Of a stretch of 64,000 nt of DNA, positions 9,159-19,484 are shown piece by piece. The notes below the pieces were generated by a model, which searched no databases, was not told where the DNA came from, and saw nothing but the letters and a program-made list of their open reading frames with translations. The DNA comes from a virus (taxonomy: Duplodnaviria; Caudoviricetes), in IMG/VR virus record IMGVR_UViG_3300033067_000365, positions 5,574 to 69,573 of that record. The stretch is one strand, 5' to 3'. Made by a program: the position numbers and the translations under genes. The stretch's first letter is position 1; every line of letters begins with the position of its first letter.

Positions 9159-9647
9159 TTATGCTGCCCTTATTAATGCACCAGAGAAGCAAAAGAAAGT
9201 ACCTGTATAACTAACTCCTGTTGGGTTTGCACTAAGTTGGTATAAGTACACTTCAAAGTAATCAGTTGTACCATTTGCGTATACTATTGCTGAACCAGCA
9301 GATGAATACCCAATAGCATCTGAACCGCTTTTAAATGCAGCTCCATTTTTATATAGAAGGCTCCATTTCTCAGCATTACCACTTACTCCCGCATTCCAGC
9401 TAAGTTGGTAATATCCAGCAACGGTTGGAGTAAAACGACTAGAGGAAAAGTTATTATTGGTATCAAATTCTTCTGTATCAAAAAGAATTTTTGTGTTCAC
9501 GTTATAGCCGACTGTTGTGGATGATGCTGCATAAGCACTAAACGCAGGCCCATTACCAGCCACGTTAGGAGCTAATCCGCTTTGTTGTACTTGTCCATTA
9601 CTATTAAGCAATGCTCCTAGTTTTGTAAGATATCGTGCAATACTCAT
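9159..9647 (-). CDS. C1q/TNF-like beta-sandwich tail-fibre-associated protein
   Basis: GPAFSAY...ILFDTEEFDTNNNF.SSRFTPTVAGYY. Confidence 0.7.
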   Translation of the reverse strand: MSIARYLTKLGALLNSNGQVQQSGLAPNVAGNGPAFSAYAASSTTVGYNVNTKILFDTEEFDTNNNFSSSRFTPTVAGYYQLSWNAGVSGNAEKWSLLYKNGAAFKSGSDAIGYSSAGSAIVYANGTTDYFEVYLYQLSANPTGVSYTGTFFCFSGALIRAA

Positions 9648-9926
9648 TTAATATTTTCCTTCTGCGAAGACGTTTACAAACACTGTACCGTCTTCTAATG
9701 CCTCAATTTCATGCCACTCATTAGCAACAAGATTCACAGGCTGATTATTTTTAGTGCGAACAACTTCAAGATTTTCTTTACGAATAATAATTGAACCTGC
9801 ATTACACATTGTTAGATGCGCGTAGATGTGCTCATGTCGCGGCAAGCCCTCGCCTTTGTTGGCATGGTAGATGTTGAGCTGCGTGTCGTCTTGGGTGACG
9901 GTGAAGCGTGGGGCTACGATGTTCAT
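9648..9926 (-). CDS. cupin-fold protein
   Basis: H.H...H motif and WHEIEALEDGTVFVNVF. Confidence 0.7.
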   Translation of the reverse strand: MNIVAPRFTVTQDDTQLNIYHANKGEGLPRHEHIYAHLTMCNAGSIIIRKENLEVVRTKNNQPVNLVANEWHEIEALEDGTVFVNVFAEGKY

Positions 9927-10195
9927 AGGGTTTCAGCGCCACCAACTTCTGGTTGCGTCACGCCTTCTGGCATCGGAGGCTCAACAAATTGACCGTTGAT
10001 GTAAGACCAACCAATACCGCAAGAGGACCACTCTCCTTGAATACCGCCAGTAGGAATGTCGGCGATACCGTACCCTTGTGGCGGAAAGTCAATCAACTCG
10101 CCAATGTGTTCATCGTCAAGCCAAATCACGTTCTCGATAAGGCCCGTTTCTTTGTTGTAGTAAGCGTAATCATTTAAAGCCATTGTGTTCTCCAA
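9923..10195 (-). CDS. probable tail fibre assembly/chaperone protein
   Basis: Small acidic ORF after the fibre; GIGWSY.NG.F..P motif. Confidence 0.55.
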   Translation of the reverse strand: MENTMALNDYAYYNKETGLIENVIWLDDEHIGELIDFPPQGYGIADIPTGGIQGEWSSCGIGWSYINGQFVEPPMPEGVTQPEVGGAETL

Positions 10196-11758
10196 TTACC
10201 AACATGTAACGATGATGCGTCCAGCACCTCCAGCAGCACCTGCACCGCCGCCGCCATTGCGACCGCCGCCGCCGCCGCCGGGTTGCGCCCCGACAACACC
10301 AACGCCACCCCCGTTGCCACCGTACAAAGACGTGTAACTTCCGCCTACAGCGCCGTAGCCGCCACCTCCACCAAAGATAGAGTGACTACCGGGGCCTGTA
10401 CATCCAGCTCCACCCCCTTTACCGCCTATCCACTGTTGTGGAAAGGGCGTGTATTCTCCTGGAGCAAAGGCTCCAGCACTAATCCCTGAAACACCGCCGC
10501 CGCCGCCGTAGTTACTGTTACCGCCACCAGCCCCGCCGTAGGCGTATCGTGTAACTCCGTCAACCACGAAAGAAGATGCGCCACCAGTTCCACCGTTTGT
10601 GGTGGAACCAGCCCCGCCAGCACCAACGGTTGCGGTTTGATTGTTTATGGATGAGAGCGGTACAACAAGTTCGTTATATCCACCACCACCACCCCCAGAA
10701 TAGTTGGTACACCCGCCACCGCCGCCACCCCACATCTGGATGCGAGCCATAGTTTGACCGCCTGTTGGCTTAGTCCATGTGCCTGTAGAGTTGAAAGTTT
10801 GAACATCAACTGGAACAGTGGTTGTCAGTGTAGTGTAAGAAGGGTCAGCACCTGCACCACCTGAAACAAGCACTTGACCTGCTGTGCCTTCACGAGCAAG
10901 TTTAGTGAGCGTTACAGAGTTTGCTGCAAGGTTAGTGTTGCCAACAGCACCAGCTGTAGTGGCAAGTTTACCAGCCAACAATACATCAGCTTCAGACTTT
11001 GTATAAACGTTAGCCAAGTTGAATGTAGCAAACGAATCAATAACCAATTCGTCACCAGCAACAGCAGCTACAGCTAAAGTGAATGTAGAACCGTTGGTTG
11101 CAGTGTAATCAGTCTTATCCAGCTTAACACCGTTAAGTGTTGGAAAGATAGAACCAGCTGTATATGACAATACCAAGCTATTAGCATCAGCACCAGTAAA
11201 TACTGTCTGACCTGCTGTCGCAACGTACTTATAAGTAGTGAGAATAGCTTGTGAGGCACTAGATGCTTTAATCCAGTTACCACCATCATAAATCCACATA
11301 CCCTTGTCGTCAGTGACCACTGTACCATTATTAAAGTACAACGCACCAGAGATCAAAGCATTTCCGTCATTATCCAATGTAGGCGCCGACGACTTAGAAC
11401 CGAGATATCGGTCGTCAAAATTATCCAATGCAGTGGCAGCAGCAGCTGCGCTGGCTGCAGCATCAACTGCACTAGCTGAGGCATTAGTAGCCTGCGTAGT
11501 GGCTACGCCTGCTTGTGTCGTAGCAGTAGACGCAGAAGAAGCAGCTTCTCCTGCTTTGGTAGTAGCGATTCCAGCCTGTGTAGTAGCTGTACCAGCAGCG
11601 GTAACTGCAGTATTTTTATTTGTTACAACTTCAGCTGCTACAGTATTAGTTTCAGTTGCAAAAGTAGGTAACGCACCTAAGAAATCGTCAGCTCTTGCGC
11701 TAAAGTTTGTTGGGTCGTCCCTACTCGGAGGCGTTGGTAAGGGGGTAATCGTACTCAT
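10196..11758 (-). CDS. tail fibre protein with Gly-rich C-terminal domain
   Basis: Ala/Thr-rich coiled N-half, DNFDDRYLG motif, VQTF.STGTWTKP...GGGGGG repeats. Confidence 0.8.
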   Translation of the reverse strand: MSTITPLPTPPSRDDPTNFSARADDFLGALPTFATETNTVAAEVVTNKNTAVTAAGTATTQAGIATTKAGEAASSASTATTQAGVATTQATNASASAVDAAASAAAAATALDNFDDRYLGSKSSAPTLDNDGNALISGALYFNNGTVVTDDKGMWIYDGGNWIKASSASQAILTTYKYVATAGQTVFTGADANSLVLSYTAGSIFPTLNGVKLDKTDYTATNGSTFTLAVAAVAGDELVIDSFATFNLANVYTKSEADVLLAGKLATTAGAVGNTNLAANSVTLTKLAREGTAGQVLVSGGAGADPSYTTLTTTVPVDVQTFNSTGTWTKPTGGQTMARIQMWGGGGGGCTNYSGGGGGGYNELVVPLSSINNQTATVGAGGAGSTTNGGTGGASSFVVDGVTRYAYGGAGGGNSNYGGGGGVSGISAGAFAPGEYTPFPQQWIGGKGGGAGCTGPGSHSIFGGGGGYGAVGGSYTSLYGGNGGGVGVVGAQPGGGGGGRNGGGGAGAAGGAGRIIVTCW

Positions 11759-12606
11759 TAGTTATCCTTATTTATATTCAATATTCTATATCCCAAATTA
11801 TATTTAGAATTTAAAACTTCTATTGCTTCATTCCTATAGCTAACTGCCATAGACCAAGCATTTTCTTTTCCATATTTCTTATACGAGAATTTTTTACTTT
11901 TACTTTTACCGTCTACGTCAGTAAAATTTGCTTGAGCATATGTATCAATATTTCCGTTTTTACGTTTCATATTGACTTCGCAAACACCCACTATCTTTGA
12001 TGATTCTATATGTATTCTTTTTCTACGAGAATTCTGAGCTTGTGTACAAACCTCTAAGTTTTCTAATCTATTATCTAATGGATTACAATTTATATGATTT
12101 ACAACTTGATTTTCTGGTATTATAGTATTATTTAATAACATAACAATTCTATGAGCAGGATAACGTTTATGGTTAATCATTACCCACCAACCACATGGTA
12201 TTTTGTCAGTTAATCGCGTTACTAAAGTACCAGCATCTTCACCAACCGTCATTGACCTATTATGTTTAACTTTCCATTTTAAGCAACTTTTACTTGTTTC
12301 ATCATAATATAAATACTTCTCAAAGAAATTTTTACTCATTTCTTTACAGCAATTTTCAGTTCTAATATTTATTAGTTTCCAATCTTTTTGTGGATTTGTA
12401 ATTAAATACTTTTCAAAGGAAAGTGCTTCAGTTTCACTTAGGTTATCTCTCAATATTTCAACAACATAATCATGTTGATTTATAATATTATTCCACTGCA
12501 AGCTTCTTCTGGATTTTACCCATGCTCGTCTTCGTGTACCTTTACCTATATAAAATACTATTCCTGTATCTTTTTGTCTATGTAAATAAACATAGTAATT
12601 ATTCAT
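11758..12606 (-). CDS. homing endonuclease: GIY-YIG-like N-terminal domain + HNH + AP2-like C-terminal domain
   Basis: YYVYLH...FYIGKG..RRAW; VNHINCNPLDNRLENL; VGV...SKKFSYKKYG...AV.YRN; low GC. Confidence 0.8.
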   Translation of the reverse strand: MNNYYVYLHRQKDTGIVFYIGKGTRRRAWVKSRRSLQWNNIINQHDYVVEILRDNLSETEALSFEKYLITNPQKDWKLINIRTENCCKEMSKNFFEKYLYYDETSKSCLKWKVKHNRSMTVGEDAGTLVTRLTDKIPCGWWVMINHKRYPAHRIVMLLNNTIIPENQVVNHINCNPLDNRLENLEVCTQAQNSRRKRIHIESSKIVGVCEVNMKRKNGNIDTYAQANFTDVDGKSKSKKFSYKKYGKENAWSMAVSYRNEAIEVLNSKYNLGYRILNINKDN

Positions 12607-12696
12607 TTTTATTCCCATCAAGAATATCCCAAATAAGATTAAGCAGGGCAGGGATGAATTGCCTTTTCGGGAGCAAACCTAGCTTAAAATATACTA

Positions 12697-13593
12697 TTAG
12701 ATTAAACCTTCAAGTTCTAGGCTACAATAGCTAGTATCTGGATAAGACACTTCAATATTAAAATCCCTAAAGAATCCATAAATAATTAGTGGTTCTTCAA
12801 ATAAGATATCATCTGTTGCAATCCAAAGAACTGGTGTAGCTCTTAAGCCTGATAGTGTCCTATGTACCCTGTTAAGTTCAGAGTTATGGACGAATACGCG
12901 ACTAGAAAGTTTCTTAGCAAAGTTACGTTTAACGAATACACGTTGACCGAACTCATCTACATCTACTCGGCTATAGTCTGTAATACCTGCTGAAGCTCCG
13001 TATTCTGTCGTACCAATTACTTTAGTTTGTCCGAATACTACTTGACCTAACTCTAAGTCAGGCGCTCCATCCAGTTCGAAAGTTACATGAGCATTGCCGT
13101 ATAATGGTGGAATGTCTGTCATAATAACCGTAGTACGTGAATAATCAAAACCTGTGAAAAAGTATGAAAACCAGTCAAGAATACTGTTTGAATCCAAACC
13201 GAACTCTTTTTGATATACAATATTTCCACCTAAATCGTCACGAACCGTAACCTTTAGGTAAGTACCTCTAACAATATTTAATAATGCAAAGGTATCAATA
13301 AACCCTGTTTTGACAGTTACAGTAATATTGTTAGCGTTTTTAGTTGTTGTATTGATTTCATTATCGAACATTGCATACAAATTGCTAGGACCGACTCTTA
13401 GCCACCATGCGGTTGAAGTGTCTGGTTGATGATTTGTATTACTGTTTTGTAACGAAATATATGTGGAATTGTTGTATACTACATATGCATCTACAGCGTA
13501 GGTAGTACCAGAACTCCAATCTGGATAAATTTCAGTAACGTTTTCTGAAATTAATTTATCCGATGTGAATGTTGTGGGTACTGTTAGTTTCAA
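12697..13593 (-). CDS. tail tip / minor tail protein
   Basis: Between TMP and fibre, own promoter; GITDYSRV..DEFG..VF.KR.FAKKL motif. Confidence 0.7.
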   Translation of the reverse strand: MKLTVPTTFTSDKLISENVTEIYPDWSSGTTYAVDAYVVYNNSTYISLQNSNTNHQPDTSTAWWLRVGPSNLYAMFDNEINTTTKNANNITVTVKTGFIDTFALLNIVRGTYLKVTVRDDLGGNIVYQKEFGLDSNSILDWFSYFFTGFDYSRTTVIMTDIPPLYGNAHVTFELDGAPDLELGQVVFGQTKVIGTTEYGASAGITDYSRVDVDEFGQRVFVKRNFAKKLSSRVFVHNSELNRVHRTLSGLRATPVLWIATDDILFEEPLIIYGFFRDFNIEVSYPDTSYCSLELEGLI

Positions 13594-13639
13594 GTTTATC
13601 CCCTAGAATTACCCATACAGGGTCATAAAATATAAGTTA

Positions 13640-13668
13640 ATTATATCACATAAAGCATAATAAGTCAA
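13640..13668 (-). promoter_or_regulatory. sigma70-type promoter
   Basis: TTGACT-17-TATAAT with TG extension on the - strand. Confidence 0.75.
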
Positions 13669-13703
13669 GAGGCAATATGCCAGTTTAACTAGTATGATAA
13701 AAG

Positions 13704-13734
13704 AAAACCCCAAGGATTTCTCCAAGGGGTTTAT
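13704..13734 (-). terminator. intrinsic terminator after TMP (identical to 19994-20024)
   Basis: AAACCCC...GGGGTTTT hairpin with U tract. Confidence 0.8.
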
Positions 13735-13738
13735 AATA

Positions 13739-16700
13739 TTAAACAACGATGGTCTGAACTTTAATAGTATCAGATTCTACAACTCTGTCTAATAGTTTAG
13801 CTGTCTTAGAAGTGTTAATTACTGTAGCTCTGGTTTCAGCGCGTAGACCGTCAACGTTAGCGTTCAATCTATCAATCGCTTGCCATAGCATAGAACTATC
13901 ACCAGAAGAGGCAATGCTCGTAACAGCGCGTACACCTAATGCACCATCAGCAAGTCTTTCTAGCGGCATTACTGCCTCTGGACCAGCTTCACCCATTACG
14001 TTCATTGTACCGTTGGCTGTCATAAATGGTGTAGGCTGAGAATAAACTCCGCTACCACCGAATACACCACCATCAGCCCAACCGAAAATATCTCCGATAG
14101 CACTACCAATAGAACTAATACCACCACCAATAGCTCCGAAAAGACTGTCAGCAGTTTTACCAATATTTCCAAAGAAACCGTCTCCATTTGAGGATACAGT
14201 ATATGCACCTGACTTAGTGGCAATAGCTTCTAGTGTTTTTCCAATCTCTCTTAAATTGATGTTCATGTTATCGTAGAAAGAATATGAATCTGCAATAGCT
14301 TTATAAACAGAATTCAAACCGTTCGTTTGTAATGAAATCAACTCTTCAATTGTTACAGAGGTATTTAAAGCTGTATCATCTGTGAAAGTACTGATTAAAC
14401 CTAATTTGTCTAGAACTTGGTCGTTATAGCTTTTAACAAGCGGTAGACTAGCCACTTGAGCTGCAACTTGAGCAACTGCAATCTTATATTGAGCACCAGA
14501 AGTAGCTGTAGCTTTTACTGAAGCGAGATACGCATCAGCCGAACTTGTAATTGAATTCAAAGCTGAACTATCACCAGTTCTTGCTAATGCTAAATTGCTT
14601 GTGTAAGCTGATTTTGTAGCTGAGGTCATAGCTTGTGGAGCTACAATCCCACCAATCAAATTCTTCAGCCAATCACTAATAGTTTTAGCAATAGCTGTTG
14701 CGGCTTCTCTAGCTGATTTTGCAGCTTCTTCAGCGGCATTAGTGACTGTAGCGAAAGCAGAGCTTAAACCTAATAATGTAGCATAAGTATTTCTACCAGA
14801 AGCAGTATTTAAGTTTTGAGCATCAACTAAATCTCTAAAGCCTTGTAATGTGCTAGGTAATACGAAACCTAATTCAGTGAAAGCTGTTTTAAGTCTTTCC
14901 ATTGTCTTAGCGTTACGTTCTTCTTCAGTATAAAAAGCTTCATAATATGCAGCTGTTGCTGCAGTAAAGTTCTCTAATCCTCCGAACGCATCTGCTAATT
15001 TACTGGCAGCATCTGCACTTACAACTGACGCTGTAAATAAGGTTTGATTCAATGTATAGAGTACATTATTTACTGTAGTTAAACTTACAGATAATCTCTC
15101 AAGAGCCTTGGAAGCTGTTTCACCAACTTTAATCAATGGATTCAAACTCTTAACGAATCCACCCATCGATACTTCAGACACTTGACCTACAATAAGGGAG
15201 GCTAAATCTTCACCATAAGCTTTGATAGCACCTTCGATTGCAGCCTGTTGTCCAGCTGCATCTAAACCTTGTAAGCTAATATCAACTTGTTTAGTAAAGT
15301 TTTTAATTCCGTCAGTATTAGCTCCAATAATTTTTGCATATGCTTCGTTCAGACCTGTAGTAGCACCTAAAGCGAAATCTAATGCGTCCTTTAATTGAGA
15401 GGAAATTGCGGAGTAGTTTGTTCCTGATTTATCTGACCTAAACCAACCACCATCTTGTTGCCACTTTTGATAAGCTGTTAGATTAGCGCCAGTAGCACCG
15501 AACGTACCACTAACGCCAGTAGCTGTGGTTTCAACAGAACCCATACCGAAAGCACGGTTCATTAAACCAGAAGCTGCACCAGCGATAATACCACCAACTG
15601 GACCGAATACAGCGGTAGCAGCAATAGTAGCAATATCTTGAATTGTGCTTACATCTTTACTGATTTGGTAATCACCACTAATACCGCGATTAATTGCCAT
15701 ACCACCTAAAGCACCAGCTGCATATGCACTATAGTAACCTGCAGAACCTGCAGCACTCGTACCTGTAGCAGCACCACCTTCTAACATACCAGCAGCTTCA
15801 GCTCCACCTGCAGTACTACCACCCCATGCAGCTTTAAAACCAGCGCCATAAGCAGATGTTAAAGCTCCAGAAGTAAACGCAGATGATAAGGCTTGACCAC
15901 CGAAAGAACTTAATAATGAACCTGTAGCACTACCAGCAACTGAACCAGCGCCAGAAGTTAGGCTAGAGGTAAGACCTTGCGTAATACTGCCAACAACAGC
16001 CTGTACTACAACAGTAATAGGCTTCATTAATTCAGCTTTAATAAGCTCTCTTAGCTTCTTAGCTCCAGCTTTTCCACCCTGAGTTAAACTTGTCATTACA
16101 ACATCTGTAAGATTATTGGTCAACTCGGTCACAAGTTCAATGGAGATTTCCTTATTTGCATTTCTAACCTTTTGGGCATAACGCTCATAAGCAGCAGCTC
16201 TTGCAGCTTGAATATCACCTTTACTTGATTTCTCAATCTCAACTAATTCCTTCTGTAATTCAACTTCAGCTTTACGTGTCTTTAAAGCTAATTTACGTTG
16301 ATTATCTGAAGCACCAATTAATTCAGCTTGGAGCATTAAGTTTTCATTCTCTTCGGCTAGTTTGAGAGACTCTTCTTTAATTTGCTTATCTAATTTTAGT
16401 TGGTCAACTTTAACAGCTGCAATATCAAATAACCATTTTAATTCTTGCTGACGAGCTTGAGTTAACTTAGCATACTTAGGGTCGTTAGTAATTTCTAAAT
16501 ATTTACGTTCTGCATCATTTAATTCGCCCTGAGCTTGAGTAGTGCCAATAATTAAATCTTTAGCAGATTTCATTGAAGCTTGGAAGAAGTCTGTAGATTC
16601 CTTCTCTTTTTTCCAACGGTCTTCAGCTACTTTAGCAGCATTAGCATTGGCTTCTCTCTGTTTAACTTCTTCTGCTGTTAAACCTTTAGTAGCTTCTCTA

Positions 16701-18997
16701 CGATTTAGAATTGAAGCAATAGATTTGTCATGCTCTTCTCTAGCTCTTTTAGCAGCTTCTACAGCAGCATCAAATACCGCCAGTTTAGTGCCAATAGGTG
16801 CAGTAATAACATTAACTAAATCAATTACTGTTTGCACAGTTTGCTTTAATACGTACCAAACTTCTGCTACAATTACGGCAAAAACTTCCCAAGTTGTAGT
16901 TAGAACATTAACCACACCGCTTGAACTGGCAAACGCATATACAGCTTCACCAGCAGCAGTAATACCATCTTTAATCTTAAACCACAATTCTTGTAAAGGA
17001 TTTAATTCAGATTTAACAACTTCGATTGCACGTAAGTTTGATTCTTTCCAAGCTTCTTGTGCTAAGGCAATAGCTTCATAAGTTTTACCTTCTTGTTCTA
17101 ACTTATTTACCTTATCTAGGGTTGCTCGGCTAACAAAACCTTGTGCCTTAGCGATATCAAGTAAACCCTTTGTAGGTGCGTCACTTAATTTAGCGTAAGA
17201 TTCGGCGGTCTTCTCAGCAGCTTGACCAGCATACTTCTCTAAGTCCTTCGCAAGTCTGATTGTGGTTTCATCAGCTTTTGCACCGACTTTAGCAAAGTCT
17301 TCTAGGATGCCCATAAACTGTAATGTTGAACCACCGCTTTTAGCCATGTTTGCGGCAAAAGCTTCAGCTTGTTTGGTTGACATACCAAATGAAGCGCCTG
17401 TTAATGCAATAGACTTTGATAATGCACTTTGAGCATTCGTTAATTTATAGTATTCTACAGCTAACATAACAGCTGCAGATAGAATAGCTAAAAGACCTGT
17501 CTTGGCAACACCATTCATGGCAATACCTAAGGCTTCTGTTGTACCAATAGTTCCACGTAATACTTGATTTAATAAAGTGAATGGAGCAATTAATGTTGTA
17601 CCGACTTTCTTACCTACATCAGCTAATACGCTGATAAGTAATCCACCTACAGCCATACTAACATCCTTAACGCTTGTAACCATACTTGCGGCGGCAGTTT
17701 TAAGCATGTTACCCATGTCCTTACCAGCTACACCAGCTAAAGCAAATTGGTCGCGTAATTGACCGCCTTGTTGTAGCATAACTGTTAATGGGTTCTGGCC
17801 TGTAGCTAAACCTACGGCAATGTCGGTAATCTGTGGACCTAATGCACGAGATAAGTAATCTACTTGACGGTCACCGCTAGTCTTTTGCAACTGCGCTAAT
17901 TTCTGTCTGTAGTTATCTAGTTTAACTGCCTGTTGGTCTAATGTTAGTCCAGATGATTTTAAAGCCTTCTCAAAGCGTAATAGAGCGTTGTTACTACCAG
18001 AAGATAGCGATTCATTCTCTGCTTTTAGTGCGTTGTCTACTCTATAGATTTCCTTAGCTAAATAAGCATTCGCCTTAGCAACATCATCTACCGCCTTCGC
18101 TTGATTCTTATAGAACGCTGTAACAGCATCATCCATAGCACCAGCTTGTGGTTTAGAAGCTTTAGTCTGTGCTACACGACCAGCTGTTTTCTCTAGTTGT
18201 GCATAGTAAGATTTCATCTCTTGCATATCTTGCTTATAACCTTGTTGGTCTTGAGCATGTCGCAATTGATTGTACTTAAATAAATTATCTGAAGCTTCTT
18301 GTAAACGAGCCATCTCTTTCATCTGAGCATTGAGCGTATCGTTTCTATCTTTTTCAGCTGCTTTTAATGTGTTAACTTGATTAGCAAGTCCTAAGTAAAT
18401 ACCTTGCTGAGTTTTTAATTCAGAGTTAAACTTTTCCAAGCCTTCGCCCTTAGTTGGGTCTAGGTCTGCAGCTTTTAGCTTACCCTTAATTTCACTGGCA
18501 ATCTTACTGTATTCTTTTAATTGATTGGTAGTTAAGAAAATACCCTTTGAAGCTAATTCAGCACGATGTGTCATACTCTCGTACTCTTGAGTAATAGAGC
18601 GAACAGAGCCAATGGCAGAATCGAATGGAGACTTAGATAACTCACGAATATTCTCTAAAGCAGTCTTGTAAGGCTTTAAAGCATTTTCTGTTGTCGCACC
18701 TAAACTTCTAGCTAAATGCAATACACCAGCTTCCGCAGAAGTGCTGCCGTTAGCCATGTCAGCATAACGGCTATTTAGTTTCTCAAGTAGTTTCTCAAGT
18801 TTAGAGGCAGATTTACCTGCTTCGTCTTCAGCTTTTGTTTTCTTTTCAGATGCTTTAGCTACCTTATCGGACGCAGTAGCCATTTCTTGCATAGGTTTAT
18901 TCAGCTTATTTACAGCTGTACCTAATGCTTCTATCTTCTTGGCTGCATCTACTAACTCTTCAGTTTTTACTACAAACCGTAGTTCTTGAAGGTCCAT
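13739..18997 (-). CDS. tail tape measure protein
   Basis: 1752 aa, Ala/Gly/helical; lambda-type LQQGGQLRD motif; C-terminal ADGG...GEAGPEAVMPL; follows the tail chaperones. Confidence 0.92.
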   Translation of the reverse strand: MDLQELRFVVKTEELVDAAKKIEALGTAVNKLNKPMQEMATASDKVAKASEKKTKAEDEAGKSASKLEKLLEKLNSRYADMANGSTSAEAGVLHLARSLGATTENALKPYKTALENIRELSKSPFDSAIGSVRSITQEYESMTHRAELASKGIFLTTNQLKEYSKIASEIKGKLKAADLDPTKGEGLEKFNSELKTQQGIYLGLANQVNTLKAAEKDRNDTLNAQMKEMARLQEASDNLFKYNQLRHAQDQQGYKQDMQEMKSYYAQLEKTAGRVAQTKASKPQAGAMDDAVTAFYKNQAKAVDDVAKANAYLAKEIYRVDNALKAENESLSSGSNNALLRFEKALKSSGLTLDQQAVKLDNYRQKLAQLQKTSGDRQVDYLSRALGPQITDIAVGLATGQNPLTVMLQQGGQLRDQFALAGVAGKDMGNMLKTAAASMVTSVKDVSMAVGGLLISVLADVGKKVGTTLIAPFTLLNQVLRGTIGTTEALGIAMNGVAKTGLLAILSAAVMLAVEYYKLTNAQSALSKSIALTGASFGMSTKQAEAFAANMAKSGGSTLQFMGILEDFAKVGAKADETTIRLAKDLEKYAGQAAEKTAESYAKLSDAPTKGLLDIAKAQGFVSRATLDKVNKLEQEGKTYEAIALAQEAWKESNLRAIEVVKSELNPLQELWFKIKDGITAAGEAVYAFASSSGVVNVLTTTWEVFAVIVAEVWYVLKQTVQTVIDLVNVITAPIGTKLAVFDAAVEAAKRAREEHDKSIASILNRREATKGLTAEEVKQREANANAAKVAEDRWKKEKESTDFFQASMKSAKDLIIGTTQAQGELNDAERKYLEITNDPKYAKLTQARQQELKWLFDIAAVKVDQLKLDKQIKEESLKLAEENENLMLQAELIGASDNQRKLALKTRKAEVELQKELVEIEKSSKGDIQAARAAAYERYAQKVRNANKEISIELVTELTNNLTDVVMTSLTQGGKAGAKKLRELIKAELMKPITVVVQAVVGSITQGLTSSLTSGAGSVAGSATGSLLSSFGGQALSSAFTSGALTSAYGAGFKAAWGGSTAGGAEAAGMLEGGAATGTSAAGSAGYYSAYAAGALGGMAINRGISGDYQISKDVSTIQDIATIAATAVFGPVGGIIAGAASGLMNRAFGMGSVETTATGVSGTFGATGANLTAYQKWQQDGGWFRSDKSGTNYSAISSQLKDALDFALGATTGLNEAYAKIIGANTDGIKNFTKQVDISLQGLDAAGQQAAIEGAIKAYGEDLASLIVGQVSEVSMGGFVKSLNPLIKVGETASKALERLSVSLTTVNNVLYTLNQTLFTASVVSADAASKLADAFGGLENFTAATAAYYEAFYTEEERNAKTMERLKTAFTELGFVLPSTLQGFRDLVDAQNLNTASGRNTYATLLGLSSAFATVTNAAEEAAKSAREAATAIAKTISDWLKNLIGGIVAPQAMTSATKSAYTSNLALARTGDSSALNSITSSADAYLASVKATATSGAQYKIAVAQVAAQVASLPLVKSYNDQVLDKLGLISTFTDDTALNTSVTIEELISLQTNGLNSVYKAIADSYSFYDNMNINLREIGKTLEAIATKSGAYTVSSNGDGFFGNIGKTADSLFGAIGGGISSIGSAIGDIFGWADGGVFGGSGVYSQPTPFMTANGTMNVMGEAGPEAVMPLERLADGALGVRAVTSIASSGDSSMLWQAIDRLNANVDGLRAETRATVINTSKTAKLLDRVVESDTIKVQTIVV

Positions 18998-19093
18998 ATT
19001 ATTCTCCTAGTTATGGATACATGATATTAGATATATCTTTCTTATAGGGACTCTTGAATCCACATAAGAAAGCCTCCGCTAGGGAGGCAATCT

Positions 19094-19484
19094 TTACTTC
19101 TTGGCTTGCTTCTGCTTTTCAATTTCAGATTGTTTGGCAAATGCATTAAGGGCTACAACATCAAATCTCTTTATCAGTTCTAGTTCCCATGCTTCTGGTC
19201 TAATTTCGACTAAATCAAAATAGCACTTCATTTCAGTGTAGGTAATCGGATTTACTCCAAAACCATTACTTGTTCGTGCGTTATGTAAATCTATAAACCA
19301 TTTCCAAACTGCATAACAACTATCTGGCAACTCAATTAAATCTTCTAATTCTTTTGGTTTTATTCCAGTTTGTCGCCACACGTTCTGAAGTTGTTCTCTA
19401 ACAGAGCTACCTGAGGTTTGTTGTCCAAAGGTAAACTCTTGTTTAGCATAATCAACCGCAGTGTCTAGTTCACTTTGGACGAAA
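19094..19484 (-). CDS. C-terminal extension of tail assembly chaperone (gpGT-like), probably reached by frameshift
   Basis: Frame is open from about 19486 to 19094 with no good RBS/ATG; overlaps the chaperone end; GVNPITY.E motif. Confidence 0.7.

Noticed and set aside
16542-17081. 179-aa antisense ORF inside the TMP (and similar antisense ORFs in fibre, tube, terL and portal genes)
   Set aside because: Antisense shadows of Ala/Ser-rich coding sequence with no expression signals
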